Made by a program: the position numbers and the translations under genes
The notes under the pieces: generated by a model
What the model was told of the DNA's origin: nothing
The model's database searches: none
The model's input: the letters and a program-made list of their open reading frames with translations, nothing else
In this document: piece after piece, positions 1 through 9,713 of the stretch
Numbering within the stretch: the first letter of the stretch is position 1
Layout of the letters: the number at the start of each line of letters is the position of its first letter
Assembly (NCBI GenBank): GCA_023421675.1
Contig: JAEZTC010000009.1
Location: 17,719 to 49,718 of the forward strand
Reading direction: 5' to 3'
DNA: 32,000 nucleotides
From: Bacillota bacterium
GTDB lineage: Bacteria > Bacillota > Clostridia > Acetivibrionales > JANLFN01

Positions 1-840
1 AATCTCCCTAAAAGCAGGGATATTGTTCAATACCATTGGACATTCAGCCTTCATCGCCTCAAGAACAGTCATGCCAAAGGATTCATTATATGATGTTGAA
101 AGATAGCATCCATTATCAGCTGCCTCTTTATAATATGCAAGCATATCTGAATATGGGCAGTCTGAAATTATATCTATTTTATTCATAAGCTTTTTTGATT
201 GAGCATCTTTAATGAAATATTTATAATCACTGCTTACCTTAATATTGCTGATAATTCTGAAAAGGTATGTATTATCCATTCTTTCAATTATTTTTAAAAG
301 AAGTCTCCAGTTCTTGTTATTCTCTATCCTACCAATCCAAAGTACAATTTTCCGGCTTCCATCCGATTTGTCAGGTGGATTTACATGCAAAAAGTCCTTT
401 CCTATACAGTTGTAGACAGTAAAAAAAGGTATCGAAACAGGTGATTTAAATAACAAACTCCTAGCAGTATTCAGTTCATATTTGGAAGGAAAAATCACTG
501 CTCTAACAATTTTATTGTCCAATTCAGGCAAATGAGAGCAGCACCCATGAATATGGCACTCGCATATCAAAGGTTTATTCGTACAATAAAGCCTTTGGGC
601 AGTACTCAGAAGCGGCGACAGGCTGACAATAACATCACTGTCATATGTATATCTTATTATATCCGAATTATTTTCTGCTATATAATACTTGTGATTTTGG
701 AACGTTTTATCCTCATCAGCATGGCTCAAAAACAATATGCGGCAATCAACGCCCATATCTTCCAGGTGGTCCATACGGTTTTTTATTGCAGATTCCGTCC
801 CACCTAGGTTACAGGCGTCAAAAACAAAAGTTATAACCAT
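1..840 (-). CDS. Glycosyltransferase family 4-like protein, partial (C-terminus beyond window start)
   Basis: Manual translation of the minus strand from ATG at 840 gives MVITFVFDACNLGGTESAIKN...; the frame is open at the window edge with ...SFGMTVLEAMKAECPMVLNNIPAFREI, a GT4/GT-B C-terminal motif. Absent from the ORF track because it is open-ended. Confidence 0.85.
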   Translation of the reverse strand, partial: MVITFVFDACNLGGTESAIKNRMDHLEDMGVDCRILFLSHADEDKTFQNHKYYIAENNSDIIRYTYDSDVIVSLSPLLSTAQRLYCTNKPLICECHIHGCCSHLPELDNKIVRAVIFPSKYELNTARSLLFKSPVSIPFFTVYNCIGKDFLHVNPPDKSDGSRKIVLWIGRIENNKNWRLLLKIIERMDNTYLFRIISNIKVSSDYKYFIKDAQSKKLMNKIDIISDCPYSDMLAYYKEAADNGCYLSTSYNESFGMTVLEAMKAECPMVLNNIPAFREI

Positions 841-1826
841 TATTTCTGCTTCCACCAATCCTCGTTATCCATATACCATTTAATTGTTTCTTTCAAACCA
901 TCCTCCAACCTGTATTTATCTGCCCAATTTAAACCGAATCTAGCTTTACAGCTGTTTAAAATGGATTTTTTAGATACTTTTGCACTCTTGTCTGAGACGG
1001 TAATCTTTGTTTTATCGCCTAAAAGTCTAAGTACCTCCCCAGCTATTTCTCCGTCTGACACCTTATACTCTGCTGCTATATTATATGCTTCTCCAGGCTT
1101 GCCAAAGAACATTGCACGTATTAAAGCAATACAATGATCAATTACGTATATTAACTCTCTTGAATTTCCGTCTTCATTTTTAAGGATTAAAGGTTTATCG
1201 CTAAGAGCATTGCAGATACAGGAAGGCACAAAGCTGTCAATCCCTTGATACGGTCCGTAGTTTTCACAACTGCGAGTAATCAACACAGGCATTCCATATG
1301 AACGATAAAAGGACATTGCCATCATTTCAGCTCCAGCTTTGGATGCAGCAAAAGGGTTATAGGGGTAAAGTCCCGCTTCCTCCATCAAATCCTCTGTTCC
1401 CTTGCTTATTCCATATACACCACTGTCTGAAACCTGCATAAAACGATTGCCCCTATAGCCCGTCCTGCTCCATATGCTTCTTGCACCTTCAAGAAGGGTA
1501 ATTGTCCCAAGAATGTTTGTTTCACCGTATTTTACAGCTTCATTCATCCCCTTGACAGAACACTCACTCGCAAAATTAATAACGAATTGCGGCTTATATT
1601 TTCTGAAAACATAATCCACAAGCTCGTAATTACATATGTCACCTTTTATAAAGTGGTACCTTGGAGATTGTTCGATGTCAGCAAGATTATTTATATTAGA
1701 CCTGTGGGATAACTTATCAAAGTTTACTATAATGAAATCCTTGTTTCTCCTTAAAAAATATCTTATAAAATTGCTTCCTACAAATCCGGCCCCCCCTGTT
1801 ACCAGCATAACCTTCATGAGAAGCAC
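840..1826 (-). CDS. NAD-dependent epimerase/dehydratase family (RmlB-like extended SDR, catalytically divergent)
   Basis: N-terminal VTGGAGFVGSNF Rossmann motif; overall RmlB-like; active-site motifs changed (VSDSGVYG, NPFAASKAG). Confidence 0.85.
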   Translation of the reverse strand: MLLMKVMLVTGGAGFVGSNFIRYFLRRNKDFIIVNFDKLSHRSNINNLADIEQSPRYHFIKGDICNYELVDYVFRKYKPQFVINFASECSVKGMNEAVKYGETNILGTITLLEGARSIWSRTGYRGNRFMQVSDSGVYGISKGTEDLMEEAGLYPYNPFAASKAGAEMMAMSFYRSYGMPVLITRSCENYGPYQGIDSFVPSCICNALSDKPLILKNEDGNSRELIYVIDHCIALIRAMFFGKPGEAYNIAAEYKVSDGEIAGEVLRLLGDKTKITVSDKSAKVSKKSILNSCKARFGLNWADKYRLEDGLKETIKWYMDNEDWWKQK

Positions 1827-1945
1827 CGCCTTCCTTTATATGAATGGATTTGCTTTAGTTAATAATAATCTCTGACTTATGTATACTATTATTATATTAG
1901 TCCACTGATTAAAACGTGAAACAAAGACATATTAAGCATATATAA

Positions 1946-2797
1946 TTATTTAAAGAATTCCGGCAAATCCCTTTTTGCCATAAGAGCCGTATAGGTACAG
2001 TAATCATTTACCTTATGTCTGTTTAAGAAACGAATATCAACATTGTCATATCCCCCAACCAAAAAGCAGAACTTGGAAAACTTTTCACCTGTGTGCCAAC
2101 AGTGTATATGTGGGTGATAGAATACTGAATCACTGCTGTGACTTTCAAAATCAAGTGTTTGCGGCTCAACCTTTGGGTTATTTATAAGATGGTTTACTGC
2201 TATTTCAGATGCATACAACAGACTTACCCCCACTGTCCACCCGGGCCATCTCCCTTTATCATACTTGAATTCTTCACCAACCAGATATTTTGTAATGGGT
2301 ACAACCAATCTGCATACTTCTCTGACAATACTTGCCGGACCGTAATGAGTTGAGCCTATATTGTGTGCACCCTTGTGTTTTAATCCAAAGGTGTTTGCAA
2401 CACGTATTAGGTTATTTTTTGTATTATCATCATGAACATATTTTCCTCCTCCGGTCACATAGCCCAAAGGATAGAAGTGGTTCCACGCAGGAGTAAGAAA
2501 GGTATCGGCATCAGACCTTAAAAGGCAATCATATTGCCCAAGAAAATCAGCCTGTGGAGAAGTAAGACAGCTCATAGAATCTATAAAGTAATAGTCATTC
2601 CACTCCGGTTCCTTGCTTATAGGCTTATATAATACCTTGATGCAATCATCAGGAACCCTGTCAAGCGCATCCTGCATTCCAAAAACTACAAGATCGGTAT
2701 CCCGGGAGTTTAAATGCTTCCACGCATAGTAGAAGCACCCCATCTGATACATCATTTGTTTATTGTTATCCAGATAAATAACAATTGCTCGTTTCAT
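1946..2797 (-). CDS. Putative glycosyltransferase-like protein (conserved hypothetical)
   Basis: 283 aa intact ORF with LLRSDADTFLTPAW (DxD-like) in a glycan locus; family not certain. Confidence 0.5.
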   Translation of the reverse strand: MKRAIVIYLDNNKQMMYQMGCFYYAWKHLNSRDTDLVVFGMQDALDRVPDDCIKVLYKPISKEPEWNDYYFIDSMSCLTSPQADFLGQYDCLLRSDADTFLTPAWNHFYPLGYVTGGGKYVHDDNTKNNLIRVANTFGLKHKGAHNIGSTHYGPASIVREVCRLVVPITKYLVGEEFKYDKGRWPGWTVGVSLLYASEIAVNHLINNPKVEPQTLDFESHSSDSVFYHPHIHCWHTGEKFSKFCFLVGGYDNVDIRFLNRHKVNDYCTYTALMAKRDLPEFFK

Positions 2798-2824
2798 GAT
2801 TAAGGTTCTCGTTTCATAATGAAA

Positions 2825-4096
2825 TCAAAGTAAAGTTACATCAAACGGTTTATTTTTCAGGGTATTTGTCAGGTCAAAGATGCAAGCATTTTCAGGATAG
2901 CTGAGTCTGATATAAAAACTGTGTGCAACACAGAGAATTATACAATCATACTCTTGCGCAATATTTTCTGTACTGATGCTTTCAAGATGAACCTTTGCAG
3001 TTTTGAGTTTTTTTATGAAGGGGTCATGATAGTATACCTTTGCCCCTTTTGAAACCAATCTATCAATTATGTCAAAGGCGGGCGATTCACGTATGTCATT
3101 TACATCCTTCTTATAAGTAATCCCAAGAATAAGAAGACTGCTCCCTTTTATTGTTTTATTTTTATCGGAAAGGAGAGCTTCAAGTCTTGAAACAATATAT
3201 GCAGGCATTCCATCATTAATTTTTCTTGAACATTCTGCAAGCGTTGCATTGAGTCCCTGGAGCTTTGCAAAATAAGTAAACAAAGTACTGTCTTTCGGAA
3301 TACAATGTCCTCCAACACCAGGGCCGGGCTGAAACCTGCTGAACCCAAAAGGCTTTGAAGCGGCAGCATCTATAACATCCCATATGTTTATATCATAAGC
3401 ATGGCAAATCTGGGCCATCTGATTTACCAGTGCAATGTTGACGTCTCTGTAGGTATTTTCCAGTACCTTTGCCATTTCTGCCACCTCAAGTGTCGACACT
3501 TCAAAAACATTAACACCAAGCTGCTTGTAAAAAGCAGCTGCCTTTTGCCTGCACACTTCTGAAGAACCCGAAACAAGCTTTGGAATTTTTCCAATATTAG
3601 AATTTTCATTACCGGGGTCTATTCTTTCGGGTGAAAAGGAGTAATAGAAATCTACGCCTGCTTTAAGTCCCCCACTTTCAAGGATGGGAATTATTTTTTC
3701 CCTTGAGGTGGTAGGAACTATTGTACTTTCAACAATAACCAACTGATCCTTTCTAAGAAATTCTGCTATGTTCCTCAAGGCATCAAATAGGTAAGTATAA
3801 TTAGGTGTTTTATTATTCTTTAGTGGTGTAGGTACACAGACCACTAATACATCGCACTCTTTCATTTTATTAGCTTGCGAAGTGACATAAAATCTGCCGG
3901 TGTCCTGTGCTGTGTATATGTCAAGATCACTTACATCAGTTATATATGATTTACCAGTATCTAAAAGCTCAAGCTTTTTAGTATCATTATCAAAGCCCGT
4001 AACCGTAAAGCCTTTTTTTATACAGTGCAGTGCCAATGGCAGTCCAACATATCCGAGACCAATAATTCCTGCTTTTACATAAGTATTCTCCGTCAT
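2825..4096 (-). CDS. Nucleotide sugar dehydrogenase (UDP-GlcNAc/UDP-ManNAc-type 6-dehydrogenase)
   Basis: IIGLGYVGLPLA NAD-binding motif, FSPERIDPGN, and catalytic Cys in PGPGVGGHCIPKD. Confidence 0.93.
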   Translation of the reverse strand: MTENTYVKAGIIGLGYVGLPLALHCIKKGFTVTGFDNDTKKLELLDTGKSYITDVSDLDIYTAQDTGRFYVTSQANKMKECDVLVVCVPTPLKNNKTPNYTYLFDALRNIAEFLRKDQLVIVESTIVPTTSREKIIPILESGGLKAGVDFYYSFSPERIDPGNENSNIGKIPKLVSGSSEVCRQKAAAFYKQLGVNVFEVSTLEVAEMAKVLENTYRDVNIALVNQMAQICHAYDINIWDVIDAAASKPFGFSRFQPGPGVGGHCIPKDSTLFTYFAKLQGLNATLAECSRKINDGMPAYIVSRLEALLSDKNKTIKGSSLLILGITYKKDVNDIRESPAFDIIDRLVSKGAKVYYHDPFIKKLKTAKVHLESISTENIAQEYDCIILCVAHSFYIRLSYPENACIFDLTNTLKNKPFDVTLL

Positions 4097-4269
4097 TTCA
4101 TAATCTCCACAAATGCATTATCTATTAACATAATATACAGAATATTCTTTTTATGTTAATGGATTATTTCTTTTGTTTACGATAATCACACAATATCCTT
4201 TTTAGTAACATATTATGTATTGCTAAACCTTAATGCTCTGCTAGTACATAATAAAAGGAGGTTAAGGCT

Positions 4270-5244
4270 ATGTTATATATTTTGGGTTATTATGAAAGCG
4301 GTAGTTATACTGCGAGTTTCAACAAAGCTGTCCTTAGTGAGCTGGATACAAGGAATATAGATTATGTAAAATTGCCACCTTATAATTGGGAGCATCCGAA
4401 TGAATGTTTTGAATTTTGTACAAGTATCGATAGTTCAGAAGATGATACCTGGTTTATGGGATGGGCACAAACTCCGGTTATTGAAGCAATAAAGGACAAA
4501 AAAGGCAAAAAGTACGGTTTTGTTGTAGGCACAACTGCAAACCCCTTTGAACCGGCAAATATTTTGAAGGTTGATATAAAAGAGCGCTATAGACTTGGTT
4601 TATATGACAAGGTATTTACAATTTCAAAATGGTGCAGAAATACAATGATAAATGCTTATCCGGAAATGAAAGATAAATTAGTTGCGGTTGGGTTTCCAAT
4701 GGATTTTAAAGAATTGGACAAATATAAAAATTCTCCGAAACAACCCAATCTGGTTGTCTTTAATCAGAGATTTTCTGTTGAAAAGCTTCCCATGATAGAA
4801 ATTGAGGTGTCAAGAAGGTTGATTGCAATGGGATATGAGGTCAGACATCTTGCAGAACAAACCATGCAGGAACTTTCAGCTCAATGTAAAACAACAGCGG
4901 CACTTCTTAACCTGATGACAAATATAGGCATTAAATTCATACACAATCCAACAAAAGAAGCTTATTATGAACAGCTTTCAAAAGCATCCGTAGCGATAAC
5001 TACATCCATTTCAGATACTTTATCTATTGCTACCGTTGAAGCAATTTATCTTGGCGTTATCCCAGTTGCTCCCAGGGCATTCGGATTTCCAGAATATATA
5101 AACCCTAATAATCTGTATTCTCCATACGACCTTGAACAAATCATAAATATGGTCTTGTCAAAGCCAATCACTGAACATTATATTTTAAAATATTCAAAAA
5201 ATCTTATTATTGACAAGTTTCTAAAAGAGATGGACATTATATAA
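4270..5244 (+). CDS. Glycosyltransferase, GT-B/CgeB-like, paralog A
   Basis: AGGAGG upstream; NLVVFNQRFSVEKLP and AITTSISDTLSIATVEAIYLGVIPVAP motifs shared with the ORFs at 6306 and 7286. Confidence 0.7.
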   Translation: MLYILGYYESGSYTASFNKAVLSELDTRNIDYVKLPPYNWEHPNECFEFCTSIDSSEDDTWFMGWAQTPVIEAIKDKKGKKYGFVVGTTANPFEPANILKVDIKERYRLGLYDKVFTISKWCRNTMINAYPEMKDKLVAVGFPMDFKELDKYKNSPKQPNLVVFNQRFSVEKLPMIEIEVSRRLIAMGYEVRHLAEQTMQELSAQCKTTAALLNLMTNIGIKFIHNPTKEAYYEQLSKASVAITTSISDTLSIATVEAIYLGVIPVAPRAFGFPEYINPNNLYSPYDLEQIINMVLSKPITEHYILKYSKNLIIDKFLKEMDII

Positions 5245-5345
5245 ACCGTTTATTCATGGTTTAACATTCACATGGCAATTAAAAGAAACATATTATGTAA
5301 TACAAATTTTTTAATACTGTAATATGAATAAGGAGTTTTAATACT

Positions 5346-6299
5346 ATGAGATTTCTTATTACCGGAGGTAATGGTTTTATAGGCTCTCATCTGACATTGA
5401 GGCTGCTGTCTCTAAATCATGAGGTTACCGTGCTTGATAACTTTTCCACCAGTCCCAAAGGCAGGCTGGACAATACAGGGGCAACTGTGGTAGAAGGAAG
5501 CGTCACTGATGAAAGTCTTGTAGATAAACTTGTTTATGACAGCGACTATGTCATTCACCTTGCCGCTGTAGTCGGTGTAAGGCTTGCAATGTCAAAAGGC
5601 ATTGAAGGGCTTAGAATCAGCTGTATTGGAACAGACAATCTGCTCAAATCAGTAACAAAATATAATAAAAAACTAATTGCAGCCTCATCATCCTCAATAT
5701 ATGGTAAACACATAAAGATACCTGTTAGTGAAGAAAATGACAGTCTTATAGGGTGCAGCAATAAATCCTGTTGGCTTTATTCCATAGCAAAACTGGCTGA
5801 AGAGCATTTCTGTCTTGCATATCACAGGGAAAAAGGAACCAATGTAAGGATTTGCAGACTTTTTAATGTAATAGGTCCGAATCAGACAAAACACTATGGC
5901 ATGGTTATTCCCAACTTTGTATCAAACGCATTAAACAACAGCCCTCTGCAGGTATATGGAACGGGAATGCAAACACGCACGTTCGGGTATATAGAGGATA
6001 TAATTGACGGCATTCTGCTTTTAATCGAAAAAGGTAGAGAAGGAGGAGTATATAATATAGGCGGTACCGAAGAAATCAGAATTTGGGATCTTGCAAATAA
6101 AATAATTCAATTGACAAACTCTTCATCAGATATAGAAATTGTACCTTTTGAAAAAATATTCGGCCCGGATTATGAAGAAACAACTCAACGTATGCCTGAC
6201 ATATCAAAAATTAAAAAAATAGGATATTTACCGAAATACAGTCTCGATGATTCAATCCTTAAGGTAGTTGAACAAATAAGACTAAGAGGTGAAATTTAG
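5346..6299 (+). CDS. NAD-dependent epimerase/dehydratase (UDP-glucose 4-epimerase-like)
   Basis: ITGGNGFIGSHL Rossmann motif; intact SSSSIYG and YSIAK (YxxxK) catalytic motifs. Confidence 0.9.
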   Translation: MRFLITGGNGFIGSHLTLRLLSLNHEVTVLDNFSTSPKGRLDNTGATVVEGSVTDESLVDKLVYDSDYVIHLAAVVGVRLAMSKGIEGLRISCIGTDNLLKSVTKYNKKLIAASSSSIYGKHIKIPVSEENDSLIGCSNKSCWLYSIAKLAEEHFCLAYHREKGTNVRICRLFNVIGPNQTKHYGMVIPNFVSNALNNSPLQVYGTGMQTRTFGYIEDIIDGILLLIEKGREGGVYNIGGTEEIRIWDLANKIIQLTNSSSDIEIVPFEKIFGPDYEETTQRMPDISKIKKIGYLPKYSLDDSILKVVEQIRLRGEI

Positions 6300-6305
6300 G
6301 TCAAA

Positions 6306-7286
6306 ATGTTATATCTTGTAACCCAGCCTGATAATGAATTCAGCTATCAAAAAATGCAAAACAATTCATTAAGACAGTACCTCAAATATTATAAAATCTC
6401 TTTCAGGGAAATATGTCTTGAAAGCACTGACTGCATAACTAATGATACTAAGAATAAAATCGCCCTATCCTATTCAACCCCCAAGGATACCTGGTTTATA
6501 ACTTATGCTCAGTATCCTGTAATTGATTTAATATCAACAAAACCAGGCCGGAAATTTGCTCATATACATGGAATCGAGGCATTCCTGTATAATCCGGCAG
6601 TTCCACTTAAATATCCCCAATATCAAGATACAAAACTGAGGATGTATGATGGGATTTTTGTAAACTCAGTGTGGTCACATTCTTTGATCACCCAAAGTTA
6701 TCCAGATATTGCTCATAAGACCTATATAAGCGGATTCCCAATTAATCCACGTTACTTTGACCCATACCGGAATATAACAAAAATAGAGAACCTGGTTATC
6801 TTCAATCAAAGGTTCTCTTATAAAAAATTAAACATACTGGAGGCTTATTTAACCGACAAACTTATAGGTGCCGGCTATAGGGTCATGCACCTATGCTCCA
6901 GGTGTTCCTACCAGGAATTACAAAATAATATAGAATTACGGAATATGATGAATGAATATATAAAGAGAGGCCTTGAACTGACAGTATCGTCAACAGAAAA
7001 AGATTATTATGAAAAGCTGGCCCACGGTTCAATACTAATTACCACTGCCATATGGGATACACTTTCCATTGAAACTTTGGAGGCAATTGAGCTTGGACTT
7101 ATACCAATTGCACCTGATACCGGGCCCTTCAAAGAATACCTTCACCCTGACAATCTTTACAGACCTTATAATGTTGATGATATTTTAAGTAAAGTTTATG
7201 CTCGTCCCGTAAGGCCTTCGAACATTAACAAGTATTATGTTAATAATGTTATTAAAATTTATTTTGAAAAAATGGGGCTGAAATAG
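6306..7286 (+). CDS. Glycosyltransferase, GT-B/CgeB-like, paralog B
   Basis: NLVIFNQRFSYKKLN and LITTAIWDTLSIETLEAIELGLIPIAP parallel paralogs A and C. Confidence 0.7.
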   Translation: MLYLVTQPDNEFSYQKMQNNSLRQYLKYYKISFREICLESTDCITNDTKNKIALSYSTPKDTWFITYAQYPVIDLISTKPGRKFAHIHGIEAFLYNPAVPLKYPQYQDTKLRMYDGIFVNSVWSHSLITQSYPDIAHKTYISGFPINPRYFDPYRNITKIENLVIFNQRFSYKKLNILEAYLTDKLIGAGYRVMHLCSRCSYQELQNNIELRNMMNEYIKRGLELTVSSTEKDYYEKLAHGSILITTAIWDTLSIETLEAIELGLIPIAPDTGPFKEYLHPDNLYRPYNVDDILSKVYARPVRPSNINKYYVNNVIKIYFEKMGLK

Positions 7287-8266
7287 TGCTGTATTTTATA
7301 GGATATAACAATAATGAGGGTAGCTGGACAGGAAATTTTAATAATGCTTTACGAGGTGAATTCACCAAAAGAAATATTGCCTATACTGAACTACCTCCTT
7401 TTGATTGGGATACCCAATATTCTAAGTTGGACTATTACACAAATATAGAGAGTTCTAATGATGACATATGGTTTATAGGGTGGGCTCAGAGCCCGGTTAT
7501 TGAGCTTCTGCAGAATAAAAAAGGGAGGAAATACGGAATTGTAGTAGGTACAGTTGCCAATCCTTTTGAACCTACTGTTCTGTGGGGAGGCTCTGAAAAT
7601 ATAAATGAAAGGTTCAGACTTGGGATATACGATAAAATATTTGCAGTTTCCGATTGGTGCAAAGAACTCTTGACTTCAGCCTATCCAGAAATTCAATACA
7701 AGGTCGTTTCAACAGGCTTCCCCATAGATTATCAAATATATGATAATTACAGGTATATTGGAAAGCAGCCCAATCTGATTGTATTCAACCAGCGTTTTTC
7801 AGTAGAAAAGCTGAACACACTAGAAGTAGAGCTGTCCAGAAGATTGATTTCAATGGGCTATGTAGTTAAACATTTTTCAGGACACCCTTTAGAAAGTATT
7901 TCCCTCTTTAACATAAATGCAACAGCTTTAATGGATATTATGAGAAATATAGGTGTTGAATTTGTATATAACCCTACAAAAGAAATTTATCATCAGAATC
8001 TTGCAAAAGCATCATTTGTGGTTACAACCTCAATTTCAGATATGCTGCCCAATTCAATGCTTGAAGCAATATATATGGGTGCCATACCCGTTGCGCCAAG
8101 AAACTTGAGCTTCCCTGAGTTTATTCACCCCGATAACCTCTATACCCCTTACGACATTCAGGAAATGATTGATATAATAATAAAAAGGCCTATCAGGGAG
8201 CATGGAATTATGAAATATTCAAAAGAGCTTATAATCGAAAGATTTCTAAGAGAAATGAACGTATAA
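7286..8266 (+). CDS. Glycosyltransferase, GT-B/CgeB-like, paralog C
   Basis: GTG start overlapping the upstream stop (TAGTG at 7284-7288); NLIVFNQRFSVEKLN and VVTTSISDMLPNSMLEAIYMGAIPVAP. Confidence 0.7.
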   Translation: MLYFIGYNNNEGSWTGNFNNALRGEFTKRNIAYTELPPFDWDTQYSKLDYYTNIESSNDDIWFIGWAQSPVIELLQNKKGRKYGIVVGTVANPFEPTVLWGGSENINERFRLGIYDKIFAVSDWCKELLTSAYPEIQYKVVSTGFPIDYQIYDNYRYIGKQPNLIVFNQRFSVEKLNTLEVELSRRLISMGYVVKHFSGHPLESISLFNINATALMDIMRNIGVEFVYNPTKEIYHQNLAKASFVVTTSISDMLPNSMLEAIYMGAIPVAPRNLSFPEFIHPDNLYTPYDIQEMIDIIIKRPIREHGIMKYSKELIIERFLREMNV

Positions 8267-8267
8267 A

Positions 8268-8290
8268 AGGAAGGGCAGCTTACCCTTCCT
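8268..8290. terminator. Bidirectional terminator-like hairpin between convergent genes
   Basis: AGGAAGGG-cagctta-CCCTTCCT perfect 8-bp stem; on the minus strand it is followed by TTTTATAC; it sits between stops at 8266 and 8290-8292. Confidence 0.7.
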
Positions 8291-9621
8291 CAATTATTTC
8301 TTCCCATTCGATCTATGTAATCCCATGTAATGTTTTTGAAGCAGGTTCCTTCCATTAACGGGATACTGACAGCTCTGTTTATTGAAGTATTTTCGGAAAT
8401 GTCCTTTTTAACAGCCTGCTGAGGTTCAGCCCTTTTTAAACTGCTTTCTTCAAGCTGTTTCACCCTGGCTTCAAGCAAATTCAATTTTTTCTCAAGATTC
8501 TCTGCTGTACTTATCAGGTTTGATAGATTTTCGGGTGCTTTTGAAAGTATATCTGGTTGGAGCACATTATCCATTCTATTGTAGGCTGCCTGTTCGGTAC
8601 TGCTTAGAAAAGCCAATTCAAAGCCGTTAATATACCTTCCCGGAACATTAATCACAGGGTGCTGTAACTTATCTGAACTGTCATTGGAATAATAATCAAT
8701 ACAACAGTACTCATCGGTATTATCGTGATTATATTTTTCAACACCCTTCCAGGTTATACCGTTGTTTCTGGAAATACAGTAGTATATTCCGCTTTTATTT
8801 ACCCAAAAACATATAACCGTATCGTGCAGTACAAGTATTGATGAATTGACAAAAGGTTCACTTGCCTTGCAAAGCACCTTTTCATCCCATACATCCGCTC
8901 CAAGGTGTTTTAATGAATACATAAGCTCATTTTTCTGCGGATACTTTTTCTGCCACAGCAAATGGATGTTGTCATGACGGTCAAATTCAGCAGAAATGAG
9001 ATTATAGTCACCATCATATTCAATCAAAGGCTCAAACTGCTCCCATTTACAGTCCTTTGAATTATATTTTCTGAAACCTGCAGCATTTTTTTGCCTTCCC
9101 TTGTTTTTATAAAAAATATAATGATCGTTATTACGGTCAGTTACTCCACAAAAGAAAGCATTTTTCCCTGAAATATAATCAACTGCTGCAGGCCGAGTCA
9201 ATTCACCCTTACCATTTAATACCTGACAAGCAAGTAAGGTCTCATTCAGCTGATGAACCGTGTAAAAGAAAAGTAAAGAGCTGCCGGCCTGCTTTACAAG
9301 AAGCTTGCTTGTCGTGCTTTCGGAACTCTTTTTATTAATAAGGACACTAGCAGGACTCATGTTGTCACCACTGTAAACTCTGTAAAGGATATCACCCCTC
9401 GAATTTTGATATATAAGGTATATGCTGTCATCAAAACATGTACAGAGGTTAAAGGAAGGCAGTGTGTCACTTATAACGATTACAGAGTCGGACCAACTCC
9501 CATTATTGTTTAAAACTCTTGAATGTATTCCCGAACCATTCTGATAGAAAAAATTGATTACCTTTCCATTGGAAAGCCTTATTATGTAATCCTTCTGATC
9601 AATATTGAACATATATATCAC
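8290..9621 (-). CDS. Asp-box/BNR-like repeat (putative beta-propeller) protein with C-terminal coiled coil
   Basis: Repeated blade-like segments including SRNNGITW (Asp-box-like); C-terminal heptad-like LEKKLNLLEARVKQLEESSLKR; no obvious signal peptide. Confidence 0.55.
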   Translation of the reverse strand: MIYMFNIDQKDYIIRLSNGKVINFFYQNGSGIHSRVLNNNGSWSDSVIVISDTLPSFNLCTCFDDSIYLIYQNSRGDILYRVYSGDNMSPASVLINKKSSESTTSKLLVKQAGSSLLFFYTVHQLNETLLACQVLNGKGELTRPAAVDYISGKNAFFCGVTDRNNDHYIFYKNKGRQKNAAGFRKYNSKDCKWEQFEPLIEYDGDYNLISAEFDRHDNIHLLWQKKYPQKNELMYSLKHLGADVWDEKVLCKASEPFVNSSILVLHDTVICFWVNKSGIYYCISRNNGITWKGVEKYNHDNTDEYCCIDYYSNDSSDKLQHPVINVPGRYINGFELAFLSSTEQAAYNRMDNVLQPDILSKAPENLSNLISTAENLEKKLNLLEARVKQLEESSLKRAEPQQAVKKDISENTSINRAVSIPLMEGTCFKNITWDYIDRMGRNN

Positions 9622-9713
9622 TCCCTATATCAGTATATTTTCAATACTCATAGAGGTTCCCGGAAAAATATACATCATCAAGCTATCAACAGAATGCCAT
9701 CAACTCCCTGCTA

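Noticed and set aside
532-836. Two small plus-strand ORFs (91 and 63 aa)
   Set aside because: They lie antisense to the in-frame GT4 coding sequence, which is open to the window edge.
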